From Antedon mediterranea (taxonomy: Eukaryota > Animalia > Echinodermata): a stretch of 64,000 nt of DNA. Position 1 is the stretch's first letter; every line of letters starts with the position of its first letter. This document shows, piece after piece, positions 50,346 to 63,627 of the stretch. The DNA is taken from positions 35,288,304-35,352,303 of the forward strand of contig NC_092671.1 in NCBI RefSeq assembly GCF_964355755.1, in the 5' to 3' direction. The notes beneath the pieces were generated by a model, which saw only the letters and a program-made list of their open reading frames with translations, ran no database searches and was not told the origin of the DNA. The position numbers and the translations under genes were made by a program.

Positions 50346-53300
50346 TTCCGATTAGATCGTGGAACGAAAAGTCGAGTGGAATCATTAGAGGGAGCGAAGT
50401 CGACACTGTAATTAAATGAAAGCTGGTCACGGTTAAACTTAATTAAACAAAAACAATAACTTTTTTTTTTATATGAAGCCAATGGAGATAATAAACAAGC
50501 CAAAGTCTATTCATGTTTTTGACACTGGTGTCCCTAGAATGTACAGTACTGTAATTAACGATTTTAACCTGTGTGACCTTTTAAAGATAATTGTTAATGT
50601 TACTCACTTTTTGTCAATTTTTAGTCAGTTTATGTATTTGAATGTAGCTTTTAATCGGATTTACTGACAACCGACATTTCTTTGTTTTTTACGAAGACAA
50701 ATAAAGTTTCTTGTATCTTGTAATTAAAAAAAAAATATTGGTTTACAAAATAATAGTTCAATCTTTTCAAGAAAAAAAGAATCAAGTGATTGACATGGGA
50801 TCATCCCAAAAAAGGTATAGGCTGATTATCATGATAACAGAATAAAAACAATAATACAGTATATTTAAATTATTGTGTCAAGCTGATAATCCTTAGGCCT
50901 AATAACTCGGAATCTACACATACTTTTCATACAGTCTTTTATAAAACTAGCATAGGCCCAATACCGTCTTCGACGGATGGGAGCCCCGCTGATTAACAAA
51001 TTAAACCGAGAAAACTTGTCAAACGCATGTAAAATACAAAAATGTCTGTAATTGGAATTGTTTTTAATCAATTGATACACAAAGGAAGAAATACAGTTAA
51101 ACATAACATACGTCTGGAGGCTCTTATTATCAGTATGCAATGTACGCCGTCAGTAAAATGCATTTTAACAATACATTTTATATTATTCTATCTTACACAG
51201 TTTTCGCACGTACTTCGTAATCTGAAGTTCGAAGAACAAGTCCATGTGTTATTTACGAATTCGAAAGTTCAAACTTTCATATGCTGCAAACATGTAAAAC
51301 GTTTTTGTTCATGTCATTTCAATAACTTACACCAATAATAATTAAATATGATAGAAATAGTTTTGCTTTATTTATGCAACACGGACATGCAGAGACACCA
51401 CAGCGGAACGCAGTGAGTAGTTCAACGCGTCACATGGACATTTGACGCAATTGTTACTAAAAAATGTACACATCGCCTGCTCCCACTTCGGCTTATTATC
51501 TCTCTGACGTATCCGGTTAGTTCGTTTTGTGGTTAAGTTAAATATGAATTGCGCCCTCTATTTTTGTAATGTTTGGCAATGCAAAACAATAAATGCAGTA
51601 AGCATATGAGTAGCCTACTGTTATTATAACTGTGTGTCTGTCAGTCGATTGATTTTCTTGATTGCAACATAATTAATTCAATTGAAACCACAAGAACATG
51701 ATTTAAAATGGACCTAAGTAAGACTTCTAAGAGTTGAAATAACGGCTCCCTAATCGACATTTTAAGTTTACCAGAGAAATGAAAAACATTACGGTATCAC
51801 ACGTTGAAGTTTTCTTGAATGTGATTGTGGAAAATTAAACTCCTTCAAGAGTGAACACACAGATTGACTTAAGAATTTCAAAATCATCAATGTACGAGGG
51901 ATAGCCCAAAGAACGATCATGTATTGAATGTAATTTTTTCGTACCCGAATTTTCGTACAATTCGACCACTCGACGGAAGTCGTTAACTATGCAATTTCCG
52001 TACCGTAATTTTCGTACAATTCGACCACTCGACGGAAGCCGTTTACGACCCGGCGTTGCTTCCGTGACTCTATGTACAAAATAACCATCTCATATGCATA
52101 CTTTACTAGATTAATAGGTCTAGGCGAATAGATGAAAATATGCGTATCTAGACAACAAATATTTCATGTTATTTATAATCGACGAACAACAGAGATATTG
52201 TATAAAACTTATTGATTGAGACCGGTGAATAAAACAATGTTTATAAACGTTAAATATGTTATTATAATCGATAAACCAACACGTTAAAAGTCCCAATCTA
52301 AAAAAAAAAATAAATCGGTAGGTGATCATAACTCACAATTGGGTTTAAACAGATCTGTAAACAACATACATAAATAATCTCCAACAACCAACTATGAGCG
52401 CTCATTGGCTAACCCAGGGCCCCGGAGCTTATGGAGACCCCTGTTCGGTGCCCAGAGTAAAAACAGGCACTAATGTTAAAAAAGGCTAAAAACACCCGAG
52501 GCCACTCGGCCACTTAGGGTTCCTAAACCAGGGTCCTCATGCCTCTGCGTAACTCCACTCTCCAACCACCCACAAACACAACTTCCATGATATTACATTG
52601 AGATAAACTAAGGAACAGTAGAAATACAATCAGTATCAGTATAAAATCAAAGTCCGCAATCATATTCACATCCAGGTAATGTTAAATTATCCAAACAATA
52701 AACAATGTCTGGTCAATAAGGTGTCGTACGTGAGGTTTTGCACGTAAGCCATTTCTAATCCAGCCTAATAACCAACTATTTAATATTTACCTGTTATAAA
52801 TTAACATTAAGTTAGTACTGTTCTTTACAAAGAAACGCCTGTACAATACGTCTAATTTATAGGCGTTTGCATGTTCGATTAACATTTGAATTGATAACAA
52901 CCGTTACATTATCGGTAAGTACAGTTTTTATATTATTTTATTTTATATAGAAATAGATTTTTTAAATTGAAATGTAAAATTGCCGGTAGGCCTACGACGA
53001 ATGCCATTGTTGTTTAATGCCGTTTGTTATTGGCGATAATATTGATTATTTCCGTGTTGCCGTCAACAAGAAGGATAAGAAATATACAATCTAAACAAAA
53101 TTGTCTGTTAAGATTTACTTATATGTGCTGTCTTTGGCGTTAAAAGTTGACTAAATATTTTCAACATTTTAATAATTGTATCATTATTTTTAAGCGGATT
53201 CAAAGGACCGGATCCATTACGTAATACTGTGTTTGATTATGTTTGAATAAGTGTCACGTTACTAATTGCTTTTTGCAATTAAAGTATCTTAATTATGTAT

Positions 53301-53407
53301 ATTCACTATATAGCTTATAGAGGTATAAAATGCTGATTGAGTACCGTATGCTAATAATCAAGACTAAATAGCACCTTTTTTTTTTATCTTTTGTGGTTCA
53401 CCACAAC

Positions 53408-53410
<3 letters not shown>

Positions 53411-53464
<54 letters not shown>

Positions 53465-53729
53465 ACTGAGGACTAGTGCTGTTCCGCCGTACCACGCCGA
53501 GAATATGTTAAAGAGTCGTTATCCATTCGAGTTCGAACAATACCATGAAAGCCCCAGTGGTCTAATGGTTAGGACATCTGCATATCAAGCAGGCGGTCCG
53601 AGTTCGAGTCTCGGTTGGGGCGACTTTTTCTCATTCTCACAGATTTCCTCATCTTTATCGTTTCAAATTAATTAATTAAATTTCAGTATATCACCGGGCG
53701 GTTTAGAATTAATGTTCTTTGCCTGTTGT

Positions 53730-53768
<39 letters not shown>
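53411..53768 (+). mobile_element. Same element, left-truncated, embedded in a (TA)n microsatellite
   Basis: About 270 bp homologous to 10203-10475, with long (TA)n on both sides. Confidence 0.75.
53551..53622 (+). tRNA. tRNA-Asp(ATC)-like cloverleaf, second copy
   Basis: Acceptor GCCCCAG/TTGGGGC, D stem GTCT/GGAC, anticodon arm TCTGC-ATATCAA-GCAGG, T arm CCGAG-TTCGAGT-CTCGG, G73, then TTTTT. Confidence 0.5.
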
Positions 53769-53773
<5 letters not shown>

Positions 53774-55265
53774 ATTAATGTTTCATTACATAATGTTTAA
53801 AAAATTTTCTACCTTTTTTTTCATATTTTCTGTTTTTTCCTCATTGATATCATAATTTTAACCTTTAGTATCATAGCTTTAGTTAGTAAACATTAGCATT
53901 CATTTAGAATTTATGTTTTCTGAATTACTAAACATTAATACAAAGTATTTACTTCTTAACATTCTTTTTTTGTGTTAAATCCTCTATTTACAATAACCAA
54001 TTGTAGGCCTATATTAATTAAAATACTTAACTAAATAAATCACATCTTAACGATATAAAGCCTGCAATCGAACATAGTGGAAAAAAAATGTAACCCCACT
54101 TTCGTATTGGTCTCCCAATAAACTGATCAACACCGATTTGGCAACATTATATAGGTGTTGATACAATCTACGGATAAAATATTTTAAATGAAGAATCAGA
54201 AAGTTAAAATGATCTCTTATTAATGCTATTCCTGTTTGATTAATATAAATTTTAAATTGAAATTGTTTATGGCATGCTGATCTATGTTATATATATATTT
54301 TTTTTGTCTGTATTTTATTGTTAACCGTTTTTGATGTTGTATTGTTTTATGTTTCAAATCTGTTAGTGGCGGTATTTATCGCTGTTGGTTTTGACTGAAT
54401 AAAATAAATAAAAATAAATAAAATATTCTTATTAATCTTCTTAATCACTGTAAAGGAAATTGGTGCTCGACTTTTAAATATAATATACTGGGAGAAAGGG
54501 CATTTCGAATACCTTTAAACAATAACCCAGTAGGCCTATAGTTATAGTTAGAATATCTACACAAACTACACACAATGTATAATAAGTGATGTATTGTGTA
54601 GGTGTTTATAACCAGAACATTGTTGAGATACTTACCATACCGACGCAATGCAATGGAATACCAAGTTGGATTAGGCCTAATTAATCTATGGAAGAAATAC
54701 ACACCATCATGTCACAATCCAATATTTCGACAATATGTCATCATTAGGAATCATAGAATTTAAAGCCTATGTTAGAAAGAAATGTTGAACCCTGATTGCA
54801 AAATGGTGTGTGTTTCCAGTACCTGGAGAAAATGTATACATACTGTCTATACGTTCACACCTGTAGTTAACTAGGGTGATATTTTTACAGCTCTACAATT
54901 GATTTATCTTTGTTGTAAACTGTGTATCATCATATAGTGCACGTACGCGAGTTTTTGGCTCTTAAACATTAATGACTGAATTATGCTCGCAACACCCTAG
55001 TGACGTAACGGCTATGAGCGCTCAATGGCTAAACCCAGGCCCCGGAGCTTATGGGGGCCACTGAGCAGTGCCCAGAGGAGAAGGCATTACAATACCATAA
55101 TTATGTCGAAAAGGCTAAAAACGCTAGAGGCCTCCAGCGTTGGAGGGCCACTTATTCCTAAACCAGGGGCCTACTTCATTTATTTGTGTTTATCTTATTT
55201 ATTTTCTTAGACTAACTGTAGCCTATAAATAATACAACTGTACGCATACACTTAACTTATTGAAG

Positions 55266-58170
55266 ATGGCACGAGGAATCGGCGGACGTGGCATATTTGC
55301 CAGGTTTAGCAGGGCTAATTATGAAGTACGTACGGGATTATGTTGTGAATATAAATAATACTAGAATGTGTAAAATGATTCGTTTTTAATGTAATGCAAT
55401 AAGAAAAGTTACGTGTTTTGTTTACATGTTGTTTTGAGTACTATTGTCCATGGACAAACGAAAGAGCAGTTGGGTATGAATAAGACTGAGATCAAACGTT
55501 CCAAGTCTCTTGCCGACATGACATAGTGCGCGGACCGCCCAACACAATGTTATAAAAATCAGTAAAATACGAACAAAATGTAGACGATCGACGATGTTGA
55601 CCGATGACGATTACGATGACGAAATGATGCCTAAGGATTATTAACTTACACATTGTAACGATGATACTTTTGATATTGATGATGTTGAAGACGGAGATGA
55701 TTCCAATGACTAAAGCTCTCTCTACAATATCAAACTAGTTTGAAAAAAAAGGTGTGATGTGCCCAAATATGGTAGTGATATACACATGCACTGTGAAAAT
55801 AGTGGTTAGATCTCAAACATATATATTTTTCCACACATTTAGCTTTTAAACACGTAGTTACGTGTTTAGCTACATGTTGTTTTCCTACACTCGTTTAGCA
55901 GTCAACATGTCACTATTATGTTCAGTCAACATGTTTAGGTACGTGTTTAGCGTTGCGTGCATACGATTTTACTGTGGCGGAAAAAAGCTCCACACATGAC
56001 ATTATTAAACACGTTTAAAACCTAAACGTGTCTTTATATTGCTCCATATGTTTAACAATCAACACGCCACCGATGTGTTGAATTGGATACTGAATGTTTA
56101 GAATGTATTTAGAACCTATACATGTTTATAAGATCTAAACACTATTTTTACAGTATGGTAGTGATATGACATCATCATGTCCATATATGGGCACATCACA
56201 TTTGTTCGTCAAACTAGTTTGATGGTGTAGACAGAGCTTACGATGGTGAAAACGCCAAAGATTATATTATATCCGGTATTGGCGATCGACAATGAGTGGT
56301 AATAATAATAACAGTTCAATATTACTTATAGTTAATGCCGCTTGGTGTTATACTTGGATTTGCGTGCTCCATGGCAACAGCATTCGTCGGCTATGCTGCA
56401 CTACAGAAGAAAGATGTGTCGTATGTATAAAACATTTTGTTATTTGTTATTTCTGCTCTTGTGGATGGAGATGGGTGGGTATACGGATTGAGGGTAAATT
56501 TCACTCTTTCCCGGTAAAAGCATGGAGGAAATTCCTCTAGGGTAAAAGCAACTCCATTCACAATAATTATTATTTATCAACTATAAATCCATTGATTACA
56601 TCCTACTTAGTTTAAATACTCAAGTTCAGTAATACCGTAAGGCAATCCAACAGGATGATGAGCTCCGGATATCAAAGGGTTTTATCTGTGGCTGCGGCAT
56701 GATCAGTTTTACGCCCCTTAAAGCTTGGTTCCCAATAGAACTTAACGTAAAAGCGTGGTTCCCACTAGCGACGCAACGCAAGGACGTAACGCAACGCAAG
56801 TGAATTGACCAATCACAAGCGATGGCTTATTTGCTTGTGATTGCTAACTGTCTATAACTTCGCTTGTAATTGGTTAAAACGCTTGCGTTGCGTTTACGTC
56901 CTTGCGTTACGTTCTAGTGGGAACCAAGCTTTACAGAGACACAGTAGGCCTACGTTACTGTTGGTATTTGTCGCAGCAGCCAAACATGAGTTCAAAAGAC
57001 CTTAAGAGTTCCTCTCTTGGGAAGGCGAGCTCAGTGTCCTGTTGTTAGATTGCATTGGTAATATCAAGCAATATAAAAGTAAATCGTTGTATTACTTGCA
57101 TATAAATGGAGATTCTATAATATATGAATTTCTCCACGTTTAACGTCTCCATTTTGATACTACAGATTTATAAAATGGAAGAACCCACATCCGTGGATAA
57201 AAGTGAATCCAGAGGAAACACAAAAGGTAAGACATTAAATGTCAATTTACACAGACGAGCGGTAATGGTAATACAAATATAGAGCATATGTCATTGAATG
57301 ACCATTTACACACAACACGGAATCAAGTGGACGGACGGATACGGATTCTACGTGGGACAAGCTACACGATTTTCGCTACCGTTGCCGCTCGTAAATTGAC
57401 ATAAAGCTCTGTCTACACAATCAAACAAGTTTGACAAAAAAGTGTGATGTTCAAATATGATAGTGATACGCCCAAATATTAGTGATATGACATCATCATT
57501 TCCATATATGGGCACATCACATTTTTGTCACATAAAGTTTGATAGTGTAGACAAGGCTAACGTTTATTTATTACAAATCATTAAATAATCTTCGTCCACA
57601 TAAAAATTTAAAATAAATCTTTAAAATTAGAATGGCGGTCACTTTAATTATTGTAGGGCTATACATTAAAATTAAAAATAATGACGCTTCAGTGTGGTAT
57701 AATTTTAGACTGCTTTTGTGCTTTCCTGGAGGATATTACTCCATGAGGAAAGTGACTATATGATCGTGTTTAATTTGTTGATTTGTAATTATATTTTGTA
57801 AAAAAAAATCTTTTTCCTGAATAAATAATAACACGTATCCATATTTATTATTTTTTATAGCCTACTTATTTCTATATCATCGATTTATGTATTGTGCAAC
57901 TGACAAAATGTATAAATAAAAAATTGCAATAAATTATAGTATTATGGTTGTCATACGTTAGATTAAACTTTCATATAAAATTAAAAATAGGTTTGACGTA
58001 ACAATCTCGAACGCAGTAGTAAAGATCAATTTGTGCCGGCCGGTAAAATGTATAAAACCTGGTCACGCGTGATTCTCCTCTCTGATTAAACTAGAGATTC
58101 GTCATTTCTATAAAGAACTTCTTTTAATTAAAATGTTTTCTGTTGGAAATTTATCATTTCAGCTATTTAA
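55266..58170 (+). CDS. Candidate spliced microprotein, 42 aa (MARGIGGRGIFARFSRANYEIYKMEEPTSVDKSESRGNTKAI)
   Basis: Coding exons 55266-55325 (AAGATGG Kozak; donor GTACGT), 57166-57226 (TACAG acceptor; AG|GTAAGA donor) and 58163-58170 (TTTCAG acceptor); phases 0 and 1 match. Upstream acceptor at 55210 and donor G|GTAAGT at 52915. No homology recognised. Confidence 0.4.
55714..56238. mobile_element. MITE family A copy with nested CACTG-ended element (55789-56154)
   Basis: Outer family-A TIRs; inner TIR CACTGTGAAAATAGTG / CACTATTTTTACAGT. Confidence 0.75.
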
Positions 58171-58346
58171 AGGAGGACAGAAGTACGAGATGAATGCCGC
58201 TGTAGAACAACTAAAACGAGAAATCGGCAGTAGAAGATAAAGACGTGACGACAATCGGGCCATTTTGTTTCGCGTTTTACTCGATCTTCTTGCTAAAAGC
58301 CAATTAGAAAAAATAGCTTTTTAATGCGTTTTTGCTGTTTTCCTTA

Positions 58347-58600
58347 GGCCACCTCAGACAGCATCGTACGACAATGCCCGCCCAACGAGTCGTCTCGTCG
58401 GGAGAAAATTAAACATGTTTAAAGTTCTCCGACGACGTAAAACCATGGAGCTTTAAAATTAATTGTATAGCTGCATGGTAAAGGTATATCTCAAGATATT
58501 GGTATATCTCGTCGGGATTTAACTCCGACAGCTCCGACGAGTCAACACGTTTCGTCGGGCCTCGTCGTATGATGCTGTCTTAGTTTTATTCTCAGGTTGG
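58347..58600. mobile_element. MITE remnant related to 15010-15272
   Basis: Shared AACGAGTCGTC.CGTCGGG.GAAAATTAAACATGTTTAA core; inverted AGACAGCATCGTACGAC. Confidence 0.5.
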
Positions 58601-58962
58601 CTCTGTATATAGACATTCCTCATACTTGAATTTTAAGATACCAACATTTGCTGTTTTGTTTGTAGAAATGATAAAATATATTATGATAAATTAAATATTG
58701 TATGATAGAAATTGTATGTATATAGAAATAGTCAATTATTATAGAGATAAGTCAATTATTATAGAGATATGTCAATATATATTTTGTGGTTAAAATAAAT
58801 ACGCTAAAATAACGAGGCAATATTGTGCGGTTTGAAATAAATGAATTAAAATGTTAAGCACAGTTTTGTCATACTTGAGGATTATTAATGAAGCTTATAA
58901 GGGTTAAGCGACTTGAGCACTTTGTGGATATGTGTGCTTTACATCTTATTACCTTATCTTAA

Positions 58963-59265
58963 AGATGTATTTCCCCACAAAAACATGAAAAATGAAGAAT
59001 AATTAAATTAGACTTTGTTTAGGTTATGTTATAGTTTTAATCAAGTTAATCAAAAAATCATACCAAAAAAACGTTTTCTTATATAGAATGAAAAAATAAA
59101 TGGGTCAAATTTAACCAAAAACATTGGCTGCCAGCCAATTTGACTATTTTTTACTTTAAATTACAGTTTTTTCAGGTAAATAATTCTTTTTTAATTATTA
59201 TAACTATTATGTGATATTAAAATATATTTTTAAAAAAAAATTTTTTTTCAGGGGACAATACATCT
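58963..59265. mobile_element. Kolobok-like MITE
   Basis: TTAA|AGATGTATTTCCCC ... GGGGACAATACATCT|TTAA. Confidence 0.7.
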
Positions 59266-60029
59266 TTAAGTGAGTACATCTCAATTCTTTACCTGACCAT
59301 ATTTGGAAACGCACGATAGATTTAAATACATACTCTCCGCGTTCGTCACACCAACAATCACACTCAAATATTATCAGATGTCACAATAACAAAACAAATG
59401 ATTGTTAAACCAAATTATAACGGACACTAAACACAAACCCATTTTTTTCTTTGTAATAATTTATTCAGGAACATTTTAATCAACTTAGCTGATTGAGGTG
59501 AATAAAAACGAAATAAAATCTTTTTAAAGAGATAAATAAATAAACTTGATAGAACTTTTAGTTCAGAGATATTTAAATATTAAATATCATTTTGTGCAAA
59601 AGTAAATCATCACATTCTCATAATTAACACCATTAAATGATGAAGAAGTATTTAATAAATTTCAGAATATTATAAATGTAATGTCCAATACGGTACATAA
59701 TTACAGAGGTCAATGCCGTGTTCTGCATTGCAGAAATGTCCAGCACACGTCAAAATGAGGCAGTGGGAGGGGCAAGAGGCAGGGGAGGGGACAGGGAAGA
59801 GCTTAGGAAGGATGTCAAATTAAATATTGCAATTGCATGCCATAGTACTAGTTTAAAATATACGACAAAGATTAGTTCTACAAACTAATCATACATATTA
59901 ATTGACCACTATCTATTCATGTGTAACGAAGCGAAATGACAGCTATCATATTTTAGTAGCTTACCATTTCTGTGGAAAAGACCAAATAATACATTTATCA
60001 TTCTCAAACATTACTGAATGGTTGAAATT

Positions 60030-60700
60030 GCTAGAGATTTCTGTGGTGATCACACTGTGTGGTTCTGTTATGTTAAAGATAGTTATTGTAATGTCTCTTC
60101 AATCTAATTCAGTCCGATATCTAAGTTTCAGTGGGAGTGATTTGTAACAATGACCACATTGTGTGTTTTTGCTGTTTGAGGGGAGTTATTGTAATGTCTA
60201 TTCAATCTTGATTCAGTTCACTCTCAAGAGTTTCAGTGGGAGTGATTTGTAACAATGACCACATTGTGTGTTTTTGTTATGTTGAGAGGAGTTATTGTGT
60301 AATGTCTATTCAATCTTGATTCAGTTCACTCTCAAGAGTTTCAGTGGGAGTGATTTGTAACAATGACCACATTGTGTGTTTTTGCTGTTTGAGGGGAGTT
60401 ATTGTAATGTCTATTCAATCTTGATTCAGTTCACTCTCAAGAGTTTCAGTGGGAGTGATTTGTAACAATGACCACATTGTGTGTTTTTGTTATGTTGAGA
60501 GGAGTTATTGTGTAATGTCTATTCAATCTTGATTCAGTTCACTCTCAAGAGTTTCAGTGGGAGTGATTTGTAACAATGACCACATTGTGTGTTTTTGCTG
60601 TTTGAGGGGAGTTATTGTAATGTCTTTTCATCCGATCTCCAAGTTTCAGTCCGATTTCCAAGTTTCAGTCTGATCTCTATGTTTCAGTGGGAGTGATCTG
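60030..60700. repeat. Tandem repeat with alternating 105/108-bp units in the FAH 3' region
   Basis: GTTTCAGTGGGAGTGATTTG starts at 60125, 60230, 60338, 60443 and 60551. Confidence 0.92.
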
Positions 60701-60793
60701 TAAAAACATCACTGTGTTTCTATGATGTTGAAATGAGTTGGTCTCGAGTTTTTCTATGAGAGTGAGTTGTATAATCATAAATAAATGTCCCCT

Positions 60794-63434
60794 CTATGGC
60801 AGTGGGTTAGCTGGCAAGATCTTTCCGGAGCATTCACCAAACCCTACTTTAAAACCGTCTCCTTGACAATACCCTATAGACAAAAAACAAACGTATACCA
60901 GCACTCAATTAGGGTAAAACACTTTTCATAGCACAGACAAGACAAGTTGACAACTTACTTCCCCAACTGGCATCAGCAGTGGCGTAACGCAGAGGCCCGA
61001 TGCTCTTGCTTTAAGGAACCCTAAGTGGCCCTCCAATGCTAGAGGACTCTGCGGTTTTAGCATTTTTTGACATATTTTAATGCCTTTTCCCCTCTGGGCA
61101 CTGCTCAGGGACCCCCATAAGCACCGGGGCCCTTGGGTTTAGCCAGTGAGCGCTCATAGCCGTTGCGCCACTGGGCATCAGATACAAATTTGTTACAGTA
61201 AAATAACTGAAGCCTGTTGCTAGTTTTAGTTTCCCTGTATTGTTTGAGTGTTGAAATTATGTTGTAAGGTTGTAAGAAAAATGACAATTTTAACCTGATA
61301 AAATGACTTCATCGTTATCCTTAAGGAATTTCCTTGTTACTCCATTTCCAAGATCCACTTCTCGTGTTCCTTTCCAAGACAGCTCCAGCATGCATCCAAG
61401 GGAAGTTGGATCCTACAGAAGTTGACATTTGAAAATAATGAAGATTGTCACTATAGAAAGTATTAACTATTTGTTCTTGCAACTTGAACAGCAGACAAAG
61501 TTTGTCAAGTATTTAAAAGTAAATCATCTGATCCCAGTTAACTCTGTATTTTGCTTCCTAATGGAAACTATACCACTTTTTTTGTAATACTGTATATTGA
61601 CCAAAAGTTAGTCTAAAGGTCCATTTACACTAGAATGATAAATAGATAAGCAGGTATTATTTTACATAAAACAAAGGAAATTAGAAAGGTTTTCTTTCTA
61701 GAAGTCTAGGATAATTAATTATGCTGTCCTTGATAAAAATAATGTTTTCAAAATCCAATCAAATGACGTCATGATCAATAAAACAATAAAATCATATTGT
61801 AACAATAATATTCTTACTAATCACGACGTCATTTGATTAGACGTTTGAAAATATTGTTTTCATCAAAGGAAGCATAGATGGTTATAATATGTTTCTGGGA
61901 TGAAAACTTTTTAAGATTTTATTTATTTTATGCAGGAAAAATGCATGCTTATCTATTTATAATTGATCGTTATCGCCATAGTGTAAATGGGCCATAAATC
62001 TTTGCTCTTACGGGTCCACTGATTGTTCCTGAGCCTAGTAGGTCACCAGGTTGAATGTTGCAGCCTGTGACGGAGTGATGGGCCAACTGCTGCTTCATAG
62101 TCCAGTACAGGTACTATCAAATGATGATATAGAAATGTTACAAAACAATAATATGAAAGGATATAATATAAATGTAATATAAGTGTTTTATGTTGACAAA
62201 CATATGTAATGTTACAAACAAATCAGTCTTACGAGAGTCTTCTGGGATAAGGACTATAATCCATAGGTTCAGTGTACACATCTAGCTCATAGTACACCTA
62301 GTACATCTTTTGAGATGAGTAGGGGGTTACTCCGGTGTACTAGTACATCACGGCCACTGATCATAACTGGGCACTCTGGGAGACCAGTCTTTGACTGAAG
62401 AGGTCGCCAAGAATAAATAAATAATAATAAAAAAAAGATCTAGTTTCTGGGGCTGCAGTCAATTATTGAATAAATGATTACCTTAGCATTTGAATTTGAG
62501 ACCACCTTGCCTTCGCTCATGCCATCACCTGAAAAACAAAATGTAGATATACTATTAGACAAGGGTTATTTATATAAAGATTAACTTGAGATGCCCCAAA
62601 ACAGACATAGAACACCACATAAATTATAATTCTATCTGGCTAGATTCTTAGATTTACAGCCACATTGTTGTGGTATGGATAGAATAGAAAAAAGAATTAC
62701 CTTTGAGTTTAACTGAAAGATTTATATCAAAATTGTAGTCATCTTCATGGTATAGATATGGAAGAGGTTTAGGATCCTGAAAAACAACATAAAAACGGTA
62801 TAACAAGCACTGTAGTTTATAAACTAGAGTGTAATCTGTAAATCTAGACCTATAAGATCTGTCTACACTATAAAATTAGTTTTACAAAAAAGTGTGATGT
62901 ACCCAATTATGGTAAGTGCTATTCCTAAATATGGTAGTGATATGACATCATCAGGGACACACAAACATTGCTTTAGATGTCCAAGATCAAGGTAAATCAA
63001 GATTAAATTAGCAAGAAGTCTTGAGGCCCCAAAATATGTTGTGAAAATGTGACCAGGGTAACTATGTCCATATTTGGGCACATCAAATTTGTTTGTCACA
63101 TAAAGTTTGATAGTGTGGACAGAGCAAAAGTAGCAGATGATGGTGTTCTACTTAAGCTCTGTCTACAAATCAAACTTGTTTGACTAAAAAAGTGTGATGT
63201 GTCCAAATATCGTAGTGATATGGCCAAATATGGTAGTGATATGACATCATTAAATATGGCCACACCACATTCTCACATATCACTACCATATTTAAGCACT
63301 TACCTGTGTTTCATTAGCAACCGTGTATGGGGCAAGTGCTTCCATTGTTACGATCCATGGCGAGATGCTTGTGCCAAAGTTCTTTGCTAAGAAAGGTCCA
63401 AGGGGTACATACTCCCACTTCTGAATATCTCGGG
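60794..63434 (-). CDS. FAH: Fumarylacetoacetase, last six coding exons (5' part beyond the window end)
   Basis: Exons 63434-63304 ([27 protein letters not shown]...), 62776-62701 (DPKPLPYL...), 62528-62482, 62113-62012 ([32 protein letters not shown]), 61412-61295 (CMLELSWKG...) and 60873-60794 ([26 protein letters not shown]). All GT-AG. Confidence 0.97.
60977..61173. mobile_element. hAT MITE in a FAH intron
   Basis: TIR CAGTGGCGTAACG / CGTTGCGCCACTG; exact 8-bp TSD GGCATCAG. Degenerate relatives at about 52390-52557 and 54997-55172. Confidence 0.9.
61618..61993. mobile_element. Harbinger-like MITE
   Basis: GGTCCATTTACACTA ... TAGTGTAAATGGGCC, TAA-flanked. Confidence 0.65.
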
Positions 63435-63627
63435 CTGTAAAAAAATATCATGACAAACTACATTACAATTAATTAGTTGGGCAACACACTTACGCACATG
63501 CAAGTCATACACCATGTACATTTGTCTAGTGCAACTATGGTAGTTACCCAGATTCATATCATCTACTGAAGCTACAGTAGTCAACTTGCACTTTTTTTGG
63601 CCTGTAGTTTGGGTTATAGATCTTACA

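Noticed and set aside
54710-54888. Possible solo LTR (TG...CA)
   Set aside because: Flanks show no target-site duplication and there is no second copy.
60125-60660. 105/108-bp units (multiples of 3) as a coding repeat
   Set aside because: All three minus-strand frames hit stops within each unit, and no long ORF is listed on the plus strand.
28027-63434. Sialidase-thioesterase-FAH as an operon-like or horizontally acquired metabolic cluster
   Set aside because: Sialidase and FAH have ordinary spliceosomal introns, the pathways are unrelated and orientations are mixed.
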